From a virus (Duplodnaviria > Caudoviricetes): 64,000 nucleotides of DNA. The stretch spans positions 96,001 to 160,000 of the IMG/VR virus record IMGVR_UViG_3300013121_000017. One strand, 5' to 3'. The notes beneath the pieces are model-generated. The model made no database searches. It was not told the DNA's origin and worked only from the letters and a program-made list of their open reading frames with translations. The position numbers and the translations under genes were made by a program. Below, piece after piece: positions 37,788-48,469 of this stretch; within the stretch, counting starts at the first letter, position 1; every line of letters begins with the position of its first letter.

Positions 37788-39452
37788 TCATTGTAATTCA
37801 TCTTTCACGACCACGTCCCCGGATGTCACAGCCTGAAGTCGCTTCAGGCCAGCCTCCATAAGGCCCAGGAACAGCGGGGCCGGCGACATCAGACGGCTGC
37901 GGAACTCCGGGTGGGCCTGCGTACCGATGTAGTAGGGGTGGACCGTCCGATCCAGTTCCATCACTTCTACCAGCCCCGACTGCGGATTCTTGCCGCTGAC
38001 CTTGAAGCCCTTCGCAGCCATCCCTTCTAGGTAGGCCGGATTCACTTCATAACGGTGTCGATGTCGCTCGCTAATCAGCTTTTTCCGGTACAGATCGTAA
38101 GCCAACGAGTCCTTCACAAGCTCGCAGTCGTAGGCTCCCAGCCTCATGTTGGCCGACTTGTCGGTCAGTTCCTCCTGGCCGGCGACGAAGTGGACGACCG
38201 GGTTAGGCGTCTTGGCGTCAAACTCAATAGAGTTTGCGTCCAGCGTTAAGACGCTGCGGGCGAACTCGATTACGGCACATTGCAGACCCAGGCAGATGCC
38301 GAGGAACGGCAACTTGTGTTCCCTCGCCCACTTGGCCCCGCGAATCTTACCCTCAACCCCACGGCAGTCAAAGCCGCCCGGAACGATTAACGCATGGAGA
38401 TCCTCGAAAAACTTCCCCAGGCCACGTTTGCAGTTCTCTACGTCCTCCGCAGAGATCCAATGGATGTTGACGCGGGCGTTGATTGCGGCAGCCGAGTGAA
38501 CGAGAGCTTCCTTCAATGACAGGTATGCCTCATCACAATTCTCGATGTACTTGGCCAACACTCCGACATGCACTTCCGGCAGATCAGGCGCGACCATCTT
38601 CTCGCAGACTTCCTTGTGTTTCTTGATGTTGATGCCGTTCCGCCCAAAACGGAAACGATCAATGATCAAATCATCCACGTCGCGGCTGTAGAACTCCATC
38701 GCGACGTGGTACAGAGTCTTCACGTCGGGCGCGGCGAAGATCGCCTTCCGGCGTACCCCCGTGAGGTGACCGATCTTGTCCAGAATCTTCGGCGGCAGAT
38801 CGCGGTCGCCGGGGCAGCGGCAAAGCAAGATGTCAGGCGTCAGGCCGAAGCTCTGGAGCATCTCGATGGACTGCTGGAGCGGCTTGGTTTTGAACTCCCG
38901 AATCGTGGGAACCCACAGGATCGGCGCGACGTGAACGATCATCACGTCATCGAAGTTGTCGTGCTTGAACTGCCGCACGGCCTTCAAGAACGGGCCGCTC
39001 TCGATGTCGCCCACCGTGCCGCCGATCTCGACAATGACGCAATCCTGGCCCTCGCCGAGCATCCTGAGCCGGTCCTGAATCTTGTCGGTGACATGTGGGA
39101 TGAGTTGAACGGTCTGGCCCAGGTACTTCCCTTCCTTTTGCTCGGCAAGAAGCTCCTCATAGACTTGGCCGCTGGTGAGGATGTTCTTGCTGGAGACTTC
39201 GACGCCCATGATGCGTTCGTAGGTTCCCAGGTCGAGATCCGTTTCGCTGCCGTCGTCGCAAAGGAACACTTCCCCGTGTTCACGGGGCGAGAGAATGCCG
39301 GCATTGACGTTGAGGTAGGGGTCGAACTTGACCGGCAATACCTTCAAGTCCCTCATCTTCAAAAGGAGGCCCAAACTGGCGGTGCTAACACCCTTGCCAG
39401 AACCAGAATAAACGCCACCCACGACGATGATGTACTTGCTTGACATTGCCAC
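37788..39452 (-). CDS. pyrG: CTP synthase
   Basis: KFDPYLNV, HGEVF, ETDLDLG, GGTVGDIE, GICLG, ERHRHRYE, QAHPEF. Confidence 0.97.
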   Translation of the reverse strand: MAMSSKYIIVVGGVYSGSGKGVSTASLGLLLKMRDLKVLPVKFDPYLNVNAGILSPREHGEVFLCDDGSETDLDLGTYERIMGVEVSSKNILTSGQVYEELLAEQKEGKYLGQTVQLIPHVTDKIQDRLRMLGEGQDCVIVEIGGTVGDIESGPFLKAVRQFKHDNFDDVMIVHVAPILWVPTIREFKTKPLQQSIEMLQSFGLTPDILLCRCPGDRDLPPKILDKIGHLTGVRRKAIFAAPDVKTLYHVAMEFYSRDVDDLIIDRFRFGRNGINIKKHKEVCEKMVAPDLPEVHVGVLAKYIENCDEAYLSLKEALVHSAAAINARVNIHWISAEDVENCKRGLGKFFEDLHALIVPGGFDCRGVEGKIRGAKWAREHKLPFLGICLGLQCAVIEFARSVLTLDANSIEFDAKTPNPVVHFVAGQEELTDKSANMRLGAYDCELVKDSLAYDLYRKKLISERHRHRYEVNPAYLEGMAAKGFKVSGKNPQSGLVEVMELDRTVHPYYIGTQAHPEFRSRLMSPAPLFLGLMEAGLKRLQAVTSGDVVVKDELQ

Positions 39453-39486
39453 ACCCTTATATACGAAAGTTGCTTGTCAACCCATG

Positions 39487-39514
39487 AAAAACCCGACCCT
39501 TTCAGGTCGGGTTT
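39487..39514 (-). terminator. Rho-independent terminator
   Basis: Minus strand ACCCGACC-TGAAAG-GGTCGGGT followed by T-run. Confidence 0.8.
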
Positions 39515-39549
39515 ACCCTCTTCATCATACGAAGTTTCAGTAAAGACCG

Positions 39550-41025
39550 CTACTTCAGATGAGTTGACAAGCCGCGAAACTGCTTGGTGAGTTTGTATTG
39601 CATACAAGGGAGGACAAACGACTTGATCAAATCGAAAAAGTCATCTCGGGCGTCTTTGTTTAGCCCCAACCACCAATACTCTGCCTCTCTTCCAGTGTTC
39701 TTGTTGAGTTTGGTTCCGTGCCGAACTTTGACATCCTTGATCCCCCATTCGTATGCAAGCCACTCAACCAGCAACTCGTTCTCCTGTTTAGAGAACGAAT
39801 GAGTCGCGATGTTGCAAGAATAGGTGTCAGAAGCACAAGACCCATCATCCATGTACCAGACCGCCAACCCCACAGGATGGTCGATTTCATCGAGCCAATT
39901 CATGCCAACTGTCTTCCGACCTTCTGCGCCGCAGTAAATGGTGTCATACGCAGAACGCATGCTTTCAAACCCAGTCGTATTGAACCTCCACTGCGGCCCG
40001 CCGTACCCGTCACGATTAGAGTGCCAGCAAGGAGGAGTGTCAACAAACCGTTTGAGTTGCTCGTAGAGCCAAAACACATAATCCTTCTGAGCTTCGCAAT
40101 GGTTGATTCTAAGACTGGCGTAATTTGGGGATCGCCTCAAGCCGCCATCGCCCAACAAAGTGCCATAAAAGATGTTCCTCTCCCATTCTGTAAGAGCCGA
40201 GGAAAAATTGGCCTTCTCACATCCGCAGTCTTGGACCCCCTGGAACCTGAGTTTATGAGCCGCGACAACACATTTGTTGCCACAGTCACACAAACACGAC
40301 CAGCCATAACTTTGGCCCTTCATCCAATGAGATGTTTTTTCCAACACCACCAGTTTGCCGAACCTCTGTCCTGTGAGATCGACAACCAAACCACCAGGGT
40401 TATCAGAAGTACCTCTTACTCCATGCCGACGCAAATATGCTGCTTGACAGCGAATCGTTCCATCGTCCGTAAAAGGCTTTCCGCAATTTGGCCGCAACAT
40501 CCTCCTGATACTGCGAGAGGCAAATGTACAATTCAAGCCGCATTCACAAACACAGTCCCAGGTCGCCTCCCCCCATTTGCTTGTCGCACTTCTACCGACG
40601 ATCTTGAGGCTGCCAAGTTGCTTGCCTGTCAGATCAATCAACACGGCAGCAGGCTTGTAGCACTTTCCACATGTCTTGGTATGACCCTGACGCAGAGAGT
40701 TGCCACAAGTAGAAAATTCATTGCCGCAGTCACACCTCATCAGGTATTTTCGTTGTCCATGTTTGTTGTAACCGTCTTGAGCCAAGACTACAAGTTTGCC
40801 ATATCTTTCCCCTGGATGCACGGTTGGACTCGGGCCGGGGTGCTGACCGCAGCCACAACTTTTTGTAACGCCGTTTCGTAAAGATTGACCCCAAGTGATT
40901 GTTATGTTGCCACAATCACATTGACACTCCCATCGGGGACGTGCTTGCCCGCCAGAGATCAGATTTTCGGCCCTCTTCAGGACAACCAATTTGCCGAATC
41001 TCATGCCGGTCAGGTCAATCAGCAT
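39550..41025 (-). mobile_element. Free-standing LAGLIDADG homing endonuclease with four N-terminal Cys-rich repeats
   Basis: FYGTLLGDG and LAVWYMDDG motifs; repeated DLTG.RFGKLVVL...CxCDCG; more AT-rich than its neighbours. Confidence 0.85.
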
Positions 41026-41575
41026 TAAATCTCTCCGCGACCAGCCGGCACATCTCGATGAAGTACCCCTGATCATAGATCCGCTTCATCATGTTGACAT
41101 CCTTGTGAATCCACTGAATGTTCCCGCGAACATACCCCTTTGACGAGTCGATTCTGTCAAGCGAGGCGGTGTGCGGATCTCCAGTCAGGCGACTGTAGTT
41201 GATCGTGAGTGGCAGGCCAGTAAGGGCGCACTTCCTGTCTTGTTGAAGGAACCGCTTCCATGCGTATTTCATCGTGATGTCAAACTCAACCGGAATTCGC
41301 CGTCCCTTGCCACCAGCAGCCCCGCGTTTGATCGCATCCCAATAGTTGCCGCTGATGTCGCCGTAACCACGCCACTGTTTGTGGCGTCGTCCCTTCCGAC
41401 GATGGCAACCACAACTCTTTGAGTTGCCCTGGACCAGATGGGTTGAAAGGACGGCTTTCTTGTTACCGCAGCGACACTCACACTCCCAGTAAGTGTCACG
41501 ACGACCCTCTACCCGCACACGTCGGAGAACCTTCCAGAACCCGACCGTCTTACCTGTGAAGTCTTGACGAAGCAT
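41015..41575 (-). mobile_element. Putative HNH-like homing endonuclease
   Basis: Same N-terminal repeat; CALTG...ASLDRIDSSKGY..GNIQW...VNMMK. Confidence 0.8.
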
Positions 41576-41624
41576 ATACCTCCTCTGGTTGTTGACATTA
41601 TAGCGCGACCACCAGAGGAGGTAT
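41576..41624 (-). promoter_or_regulatory. RBS-sequestering hairpin with TATAAT in the loop
   Basis: Perfect 14-bp inverted repeat ATACCTCCTCTGGT / ACCAGAGGAGGTAT abutting the ATG. Confidence 0.8.
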
Positions 41625-41630
41625 TTGTCA

Positions 41631-43904
41631 TCAAATCAAGGTGCAGCTTCCTCCTGAACACGCCCATTCTTGCATGGGCTTCGTCGTGTCTTCCTCCTCG
41701 ACCATCGCGGTGTAGTCCACGTCCTTGTAGGTGCGGGAAAGCTCGCACCACGTCCGCCAGTTCTCGACTTCCTTCATGGCGTAGGTCAACTGCTTGACAT
41801 CGCCATCGAAGTAATCGTTGGCCAGCGTCTTGGCGTTCTCAATCCAGTCGATCTGGTGTCTGTAGCTCTTCAGCAGCGACTCGTACACATCCATAGCGAT
41901 GTGTCGATCCTCGATGTAAAGGTGGTCGTCGCTCGCTGGCGGGACCGGCTCCGTCAACGGCTTGCCAAAGCCCAGAAGCGAAGAGCAGGCGTCATGCAGC
42001 GTGTTGAACGACAGTTTGGCCTTCTCGATCATGCCGTCGAGGAACAGGCTGCCGGGGCCGTACATCTTCGCGATCTCGGTGTGCGTGTGGACGATGCACA
42101 TGGGAGCCTGCGGGAAGTCCAGATCGCCGGTGTGCGACAACAGACTGATGCCTGCGAAATACTGGCGGTTGTCGTAGATGTACCGCGCAACGGTATCCCA
42201 CTCGTCGTCTTCGACCGTGATCGTGTTGCTGACGTTGTGCATGAGCCACGGCTTCGTGCAGCGGTCCTTGACCCTGCCCGCCGCAACCCAATTCTGCTGC
42301 GTCAACTTGACGTAGTCCAGCAGTTCGCACGCCTTCATGTTGTTCTTGGTCTTTGCCCCGTCTTCGACCTCGACACAGAAGGTCACGATCTCGTCGGTAG
42401 CCTTCCAGACGCTCTGCTCGACGGCCTGTGGGTTGACGGTCTTGAAGAACTGAAGCACTGGCTCCAGCTTGTTGCCCTGTGCGCGACGAAGGTAACGCTT
42501 GGCGTGGTGGGGGTGGACGCCACTGGCGGTCCCCAGGACGCAAGAAGCCGTTCCAGACGGCTTCACGCAGGTCGCACGGGCGGTGGGGTTCACACCGATG
42601 CGTGGTGCGATGTCGGCATTGACCTTGATGATCAGACGAGCCATCTCACGCTGAAGCTCGGGATCGAAAGCAATCTCGGGATGGTCCATCATGCCGGTGA
42701 TAGACACACCGAGAAGGGCTTCCTTGTCCACGATTCGCTTGCTGACGGGGCCGAGGTACTCGAAGTCCGTGTAGCCTGCTTGGCATGTGCCAATGATGGC
42801 TGCGGCACGGGCGGCGATCTCGAAGTCGGCCTTCGTCTTCAGCTTCTTGCCGTTAATCTCACACAGGTTGCAGAAGTGCCAGCCGCTGTTGCCGAACTCG
42901 TCGTAGCCGTACAGGCCGATTTCGACACACGGGTTGTACAGAGCTTCTTCGTCTTCCACCCAGATGAAACCGGGTTCACCGAACTGGCGGACGGACGAGA
43001 TCAGCGCATGGAAATCTTCCCACTTGACCTTGTTACGCACCAGCACAGCCGAGTTATTGCTGCGACCACGCTGCGGGTTCTCGGCCATCCAGTTGCCGGT
43101 CTTGGACTTGATCATCTCCATGTCATCGAACGAAAACATGCAGAGAGTCGCTGACCGACGCACGCCGCCGGAAAGAACTGCATCACTGGCGTGCATGACG
43201 ATGTCATAGGCGTCGATGGGACGAAGACGCTTGCGGCCCTCGCCAACGAGCTTGTTCAGCAGGCCGCGAATCAGTTGCAGCGATTCGCGTAGGGGGTCTG
43301 GGCCAGGAGCCTTACCGACACCGGATGCCAGGACGCTGCCCTTCTTGCGGATCAGACTGAAGTCGAAAACGACTTCGGCCCCGGCCCACTCGGGGAAGTC
43401 CGGGTGCGGCATGTACGTCGCCAGCAGGATGCCTAGAGCGTCGGGCCAGCCTTCGATGGTGTCGGGGATCTGGAATACCAGCTTGCCCTTCGGGAAGCTC
43501 AGGTCGGCGTGGAAATCAGGTATCTTGGCGACGTGGTGCTTCTGCACAGAGAAGCCACAGCCGCAGCCGCACAAAAGCAGCCAGAACGCTTCTTGGAAGA
43601 AGCGAACGCGGTCGCAGTAGGATGCAGTGCAGTTATAGAGGCGAGCGTTCTTCTTCTCAATCGGCTCGCCGCCGAACTGCAACGCGCGTTGTGAACCGAG
43701 AACTCGCTTGGGGCGAACTTGGTCGAACGCCCACTTGATTTCCTTGGCGATTTGGGGGTAGCGTCTGAGGTGCATTTCCTCGACGCGGGATACCGCTTCA
43801 AACCATGTTTCGCGGCGTTTCGCGGCCTTGTTATGCCGTGCGTATTTGCTCCAGTAGGTGTAGTCTTGCAGTGCCTTCAACGACATGATACCAGTCTCCT
43901 TCAT
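41631..43904 (-). CDS. nrdJ: Class II (adenosylcobalamin) ribonucleotide reductase, monomeric RTPR type
   Basis: YNC, GGVRRSA, GEPG, NPCVEI, TCVKPSGT, C-terminal CSGGSC. Confidence 0.9.
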   Translation of the reverse strand: MKETGIMSLKALQDYTYWSKYARHNKAAKRRETWFEAVSRVEEMHLRRYPQIAKEIKWAFDQVRPKRVLGSQRALQFGGEPIEKKNARLYNCTASYCDRVRFFQEAFWLLLCGCGCGFSVQKHHVAKIPDFHADLSFPKGKLVFQIPDTIEGWPDALGILLATYMPHPDFPEWAGAEVVFDFSLIRKKGSVLASGVGKAPGPDPLRESLQLIRGLLNKLVGEGRKRLRPIDAYDIVMHASDAVLSGGVRRSATLCMFSFDDMEMIKSKTGNWMAENPQRGRSNNSAVLVRNKVKWEDFHALISSVRQFGEPGFIWVEDEEALYNPCVEIGLYGYDEFGNSGWHFCNLCEINGKKLKTKADFEIAARAAAIIGTCQAGYTDFEYLGPVSKRIVDKEALLGVSITGMMDHPEIAFDPELQREMARLIIKVNADIAPRIGVNPTARATCVKPSGTASCVLGTASGVHPHHAKRYLRRAQGNKLEPVLQFFKTVNPQAVEQSVWKATDEIVTFCVEVEDGAKTKNNMKACELLDYVKLTQQNWVAAGRVKDRCTKPWLMHNVSNTITVEDDEWDTVARYIYDNRQYFAGISLLSHTGDLDFPQAPMCIVHTHTEIAKMYGPGSLFLDGMIEKAKLSFNTLHDACSSLLGFGKPLTEPVPPASDDHLYIEDRHIAMDVYESLLKSYRHQIDWIENAKTLANDYFDGDVKQLTYAMKEVENWRTWCELSRTYKDVDYTAMVEEEDTTKPMQEWACSGGSCTLI

Positions 43905-43999
43905 GCTCTTAGATTTCGAGGGACGGTATCTAAGAGGGGGCGGTCAATTTTTGGGGTTATTATGTCACTCAGCCGAGGCAGCTTGAGCGAACACTTGTG

Positions 44000-46021
44000 T
44001 TAAGCCTCAGCGAGGCTAGACGTTCCGTCTTTCATTTCCAGCCAGATCGTGTCACAACCACTGAGAAGGGACAGTAGATCATGATCGTGGGTCGTGACGA
44101 AAACTTGTTTGTCCTTCGACATCTCACAGATCATGTTGTAGATCCCCTGCACACCGATGGGGTCGATGTTGGTCGTGACCTCGTCAAGGAACACCACTGA
44201 CGGGCTGGACCCTGTATTTAGGGTCTGGATGTGGGCAAATGCCTGAGAGACAGACAAATTGAGCCGACGCCGCTGTCCGTTCGACAGGACGTGATAGAGG
44301 AACGCAGTCCCGTCTGGCGGGTTGCGTTCAATGCGATCTTCCAACTGGTCGTTGAAAGTCAGTGTCAACTTGTTGTCAATCAGATACTGCAACCAGTACG
44401 CGACCCTGGAGTTGAGCGCGGGTACGATGCCCGAGACAACGTAGCGACGGATGCCGTTGTCGCCGAAAGCCTTGATCCAGTAGTCGAGGTATGGCTGATC
44501 GTCCTCACACTGCTTGATTTCCTTTTCCTTGGTTTCACAGGCTTCCTTCTTGTCGGTCAGATCCTGTGTGGCGTCAGCGAGAATCTGTTCGTAAGGACTG
44601 ACGCCTTCCAGTTCTTCCTTGCGTTGAAGGATCTGTTGCTGGGCCTGCTCGATCTTCTGTTGGAGCAATGCGATCTTCTTGTCGATGTCGGGCTTGGGAA
44701 CCGCCGCAAGACGGCGGACTTCCCGCTTCAACTCGTTGACTTCCTCCTGTGCCGTGTCGAGTTTGTTCTTGGCTTCACTGAGCTTTGCCCGCATCAGATG
44801 CACTTGCTTCGTCTTGGCCTCATGCTTGCTCTTGAAGTCCTCTGCCTTGGTTTTGGCTTCCAGGGCGGCAGCCTCAAGCTCGGCGATGGACTTCTCAAGC
44901 TCGTCGGTGACGTGTGTGCAATTCGCCTCGTCAACAGTTCCGTAGCAAGTCGGGCATTTCGAGCCGGCGCGTTCGCGAAGATCCTTCAACTCCATCCGCT
45001 GATGGCCGGCATCATTCTGGTTCGACTGCATCACCTGAACGGCTTGCTTGAAGGCCAGAGCCAGCGTCCCTTCGTCCTGAAGAATCTGGTGGTACTGTTC
45101 CGTACCAGCGTCGATGATGGCGGCGATCTTGGTGACCCTGGCTTCCTTCTCTTGCAGCTTCTCTTCCGCTGCGGGAAGGGCTTCCTGGGCTTCCTGATAC
45201 GCCAGGGCCGCTTTGCCGGCGTCGGAGGAAGCTATGTCTTCCTTGGTCTTGCCGATGAAGTCTGAGAGAGTTTTGATTTCACTCAGCTTCTTCACCCGCC
45301 AATCCTTGGTCTGGCGTTGGATTTCGGCGACCCGGACGGTCATGGTGTCGCGGTCGTGGATGAGCAACTCGTATTCGCGCGACAGCAGTTTGAGCTTGTC
45401 CTTGTTGGCCTTGGACATTGCCTTCGCGTTCTCGGAGTATTCCCGATACTTGTCGAGCGACAGCAGGTTCTCAACGATACACCGCTTGGCTGGTGTGTCG
45501 CATTCGAGGAAGGCATTGCTGTTGTCGTCGGTGAAGACGACGACGTTGACGAACGTCTCGTAAGACATGCCAACGATGTCTTCGATGGCTTTCTGCGTGG
45601 CCGGCATGCCGCCGAGGGTGAGTTCGGTAGCGTCGTTCCAGTTGCCCTCTGCACTACGCCAGAGTCGCAACGAGTCTGGCTTGCGTGTGCGAACAACGCG
45701 ATAGTCGTCCCATCGAACCTCGACGTAGAGTTTCTTGCCGGTCTTGTTGTGGATCACGTCGCCGTGACCGATCTTCTTCGGACGCTTGATCGTCTTGCCG
45801 AACAGACCGTAGACGATGAGTTCTGGAACAGAACTCTTGCCAGCCCCGTTGCTTGATTCCTTCGCAGCGGCTGCCTCTTCGTCCCCGGACGCGGACACGT
45901 CAAGGTTTCGGCCCCGGATCAACACAATGTTGCCGAGGTTCTCGAAGTTGATCTCAAGCCCTTCATCGCCAAAGCAAAGAAAGTTCTTCGCCTTGACGTA
46001 TTTGAAAACATGTTTCTTCAT
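44000..46021 (-). CDS. Recombination nuclease ATPase subunit (gp46/SbcC/Rad50-like)
   Basis: NGAGKS, coiled coil, CPTC zinc hook, LSNGQ, FLDE. Confidence 0.93.
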   Translation of the reverse strand: MKKHVFKYVKAKNFLCFGDEGLEINFENLGNIVLIRGRNLDVSASGDEEAAAAKESSNGAGKSSVPELIVYGLFGKTIKRPKKIGHGDVIHNKTGKKLYVEVRWDDYRVVRTRKPDSLRLWRSAEGNWNDATELTLGGMPATQKAIEDIVGMSYETFVNVVVFTDDNSNAFLECDTPAKRCIVENLLSLDKYREYSENAKAMSKANKDKLKLLSREYELLIHDRDTMTVRVAEIQRQTKDWRVKKLSEIKTLSDFIGKTKEDIASSDAGKAALAYQEAQEALPAAEEKLQEKEARVTKIAAIIDAGTEQYHQILQDEGTLALAFKQAVQVMQSNQNDAGHQRMELKDLRERAGSKCPTCYGTVDEANCTHVTDELEKSIAELEAAALEAKTKAEDFKSKHEAKTKQVHLMRAKLSEAKNKLDTAQEEVNELKREVRRLAAVPKPDIDKKIALLQQKIEQAQQQILQRKEELEGVSPYEQILADATQDLTDKKEACETKEKEIKQCEDDQPYLDYWIKAFGDNGIRRYVVSGIVPALNSRVAYWLQYLIDNKLTLTFNDQLEDRIERNPPDGTAFLYHVLSNGQRRRLNLSVSQAFAHIQTLNTGSSPSVVFLDEVTTNIDPIGVQGIYNMICEMSKDKQVFVTTHDHDLLSLLSGCDTIWLEMKDGTSSLAEA

Positions 46022-46029
46022 GCCAAGCC

Positions 46030-46743
46030 CTAGCCTTTAATCGCCGATGAAGGTTCGGTAGACATAGTCTTCTTTTCAGGCTTCGTTGTCAACAAGGGTT
46101 TTCCCGGTTTGACGATAGAGCCTAAAACCCCCACCTTCTTCGATTCTGGTTTATCAAGACCAACGGCAGTCAACCGCTTCAAGCTCCTGGGGTCTGCATA
46201 GTAGTCATCCGTCTGATGGGCGTCGTAAACGGGCATGAATTCGACGGATGACAGAGCGGAACGAAACCAGGGGAAGAACTCGGTGAAGTAGCTGACGAGG
46301 TTCAACTCAAAGTACGGCGGCTTCAGGCCAAGTCCGAATGACATTTCCGCGACACGATGAAGCATGTCGATCAAGTCAGCCGGCGCAGCCCAGAAATCCT
46401 CGTACACTGGCGATTTGCCTGAAAACGGCTGTTGGCCCCGAGCCATGCCGCCACGCTCAATCACCGCGAACTTTTCCGCTGCCGCCTCGAATACGGCGGC
46501 GGGGTCCGACTGAAAACGAACATGCGGGGCCGCGTACAGGAAAACCCCGTCCAATTTCGCCAGTTGTGCCAACACATTGCCTTCGTACAGGATGAATTTT
46601 ACCCCCTCGCCATCGAGAGGGACTGTAGACAGGACGAGAATGTCCGCCTTGCCTTTGTGTTGGCTGACTGATTCTAGCCAGCGTTTTCCATGAGCGATCC
46701 AAGTGTCCTTGGTGAAGGCTCCGACGATGTAATTTTTGTTCAA
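46030..46743 (-). CDS. Hypothetical protein
   Basis: Lies between gp47 and gp46; TTG start overlaps the gp47 stop. Confidence 0.6.
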   Translation of the reverse strand: MNKNYIVGAFTKDTWIAHGKRWLESVSQHKGKADILVLSTVPLDGEGVKFILYEGNVLAQLAKLDGVFLYAAPHVRFQSDPAAVFEAAAEKFAVIERGGMARGQQPFSGKSPVYEDFWAAPADLIDMLHRVAEMSFGLGLKPPYFELNLVSYFTEFFPWFRSALSSVEFMPVYDAHQTDDYYADPRSLKRLTAVGLDKPESKKVGVLGSIVKPGKPLLTTKPEKKTMSTEPSSAIKG

Positions 46744-47807
46744 GCTGCCTCTTCGTGTTCGATGATCTTCTTGCCGAAATCAAGCAATCGCGGCTCGGCC
46801 AGACCCTCGCAACCGGCCTCTTTGATGTACCGTTCTAGCATCTTGTCTTCCGACTGAAGGATGGCGAGGGCGTCCTGTATTACATGAGTGTCCTCTTCAA
46901 CCTTCCTGTGCAGTTGACGGACATTGACCGTGGCAGCACCCTTGGCAGACAAAAGCTCTCTTCGGAGCTTTGCCACATCCACCGCCGACATGTCGTCACA
47001 AATTAACGTGACGAACGCCCCCTTCAAGTCGTACTTGTCAAGCTGGTCGGCTCGCAAGTAGTAGTGTTTGGGGCTGAAGTCGTTTTCGACGTACTCCTTG
47101 TCGCCAGTCTCGCAATCGAGGATGATGACGTGCTTGTCCTGAAACGCCTCGCCGAAGCTCAACTGAAGCGGGCTGCCGATGTACTCGACCTTGCCGTTCA
47201 GGATCTGCGACGAGTGGTAGTGGCCCAGGAAGGTGTATTCGTAGCGGTCAAACAACTTCGCCGACACAGGGACCATCTCGCCGTCGTGTTCGATCACCAC
47301 GTCAGAAATGGTTCCAGCAGAGTTCAGCTTCGCACCATCGATGGACAGGTGGCCCAGGCAGTATTTCGCCGGCTCGTCGTATTCGCCGAGGGTTTCCAGG
47401 GCGGTGATGGGGTCGTGCGTGAATGGAATGAAATCCCACTTCACGCCGCCGACAGTGCGGCGTTCGATGCCGTCGATGATGAAGACGCCGGGGAGAGACT
47501 GGAAGGGGGTGACGCTGCTGACCGATGTGCAGTCGTTGTACCACAGGTCGTGGTTGCCGAGCAAAAGATAGAACTTCACCTTGCCGGTGCAGTTCTTACG
47601 CAGCACCTCGTAGACCTTCGTGTACGTCAACACGTCGATCTTGCTGCGGTCGTGAAGGAGATCGCCACCAAAGAGGATCTCGTCAATGTTGTTCTTCCGC
47701 GCAACCTGAAACACCCAGTCCAGGCATTCAAGACAATCCTTGAGGCGGTCGGCTTTCTTCTTGTGCGGGTGAACGTGAACATCTGAGAACAGCAGAATCT
47801 TCGACAT
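46740..47807 (-). CDS. Recombination nuclease subunit (gp47/SbcD/Mre11-like)
   Basis: SDVH, GGDLLH, GNHD, GHYH metallophosphoesterase motifs. Confidence 0.93.
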   Translation of the reverse strand: MSKILLFSDVHVHPHKKKADRLKDCLECLDWVFQVARKNNIDEILFGGDLLHDRSKIDVLTYTKVYEVLRKNCTGKVKFYLLLGNHDLWYNDCTSVSSVTPFQSLPGVFIIDGIERRTVGGVKWDFIPFTHDPITALETLGEYDEPAKYCLGHLSIDGAKLNSAGTISDVVIEHDGEMVPVSAKLFDRYEYTFLGHYHSSQILNGKVEYIGSPLQLSFGEAFQDKHVIILDCETGDKEYVENDFSPKHYYLRADQLDKYDLKGAFVTLICDDMSAVDVAKLRRELLSAKGAATVNVRQLHRKVEEDTHVIQDALAILQSEDKMLERYIKEAGCEGLAEPRLLDFGKKIIEHEEAA

Positions 47808-48318
47808 CTTCCTTCTCCCAAGTGACTTTGTACGGCAGAGGCCCGAACTTGAGTTCCGCATAGTGCCAGATGTTGCACACCTTGCAGAGGATTTCCAAGT
47901 CCTCGATGCTACGCTCGCCGGTCAAAATCTTCTGGTAGAAGACTTGACTCTTTCGACCGACTTCTTTCAATCCGCCGCCGTTTTTGTGGTTGATCTCCAG
48001 CAACTCGATTCGATCACAGCCGCATCGCACACATCGAAGAGCGGCATCAACAGCCTGCAAAACGCGAAGACGCCGACGCCTGTTGTGCGCACGCCAACTC
48101 TCTTCGTACTTTTCTGGATTCTTGGCTTTCCACCGTCGCATGCTCTCTTGGTCGCGATCTCGGTGCTTCTTCCGCCAAGCCAATCGGTAGGCTAATCGGC
48201 ACTGACGACAGGAAGAATCCTTGCCGTCTTTGGCCTTCTTGTTTTTGTTGAACTGGTCCAGCAGCAAAATCTGCTGGCAGGTGTGACACGTCTTTTCCAT
48301 GACGTATTGTAGCGACAT
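47728..48318 (-). mobile_element. HNH-like endonuclease inserted at the gp47 5' end
   Basis: KTCHTC...CRQC; CVRCG...LEINHKNGGG...LCKVCN. Confidence 0.75.
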
Positions 48319-48328
48319 CCGCGACAGA

Positions 48329-48364
48329 AACGTGAATGTCGCTGACGAGCAGGACTTTTGACAT
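48329..48364 (-). pseudogene. Orphan duplicate of the first 12 codons of gp47
   Basis: GGAGGT SD then MSKVLLVSDIHV, versus MSKILLFSDVHV at 47807. Confidence 0.75.
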
Positions 48365-48469
48365 TGGGACTACCTCCGACAAATAGATGAAAGATGGACT
48401 TGAAGATCCCCCTTCATCATACCGTCTTAAAGAAAGAAGGGTTCGATGTCAAGTCGAACCCTTCTGAGG

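Noticed and set aside
39480-41630. Intron or intein splitting nrdJ
   Set aside because: nrdJ ends with its C-terminal CSGGSC motif before the endonucleases; no downstream exon recognised
47808-48328. Group I intron in gp47
   Set aside because: The interval is almost entirely HNH coding sequence with no room for a ribozyme core, and the downstream gene has its own complete start
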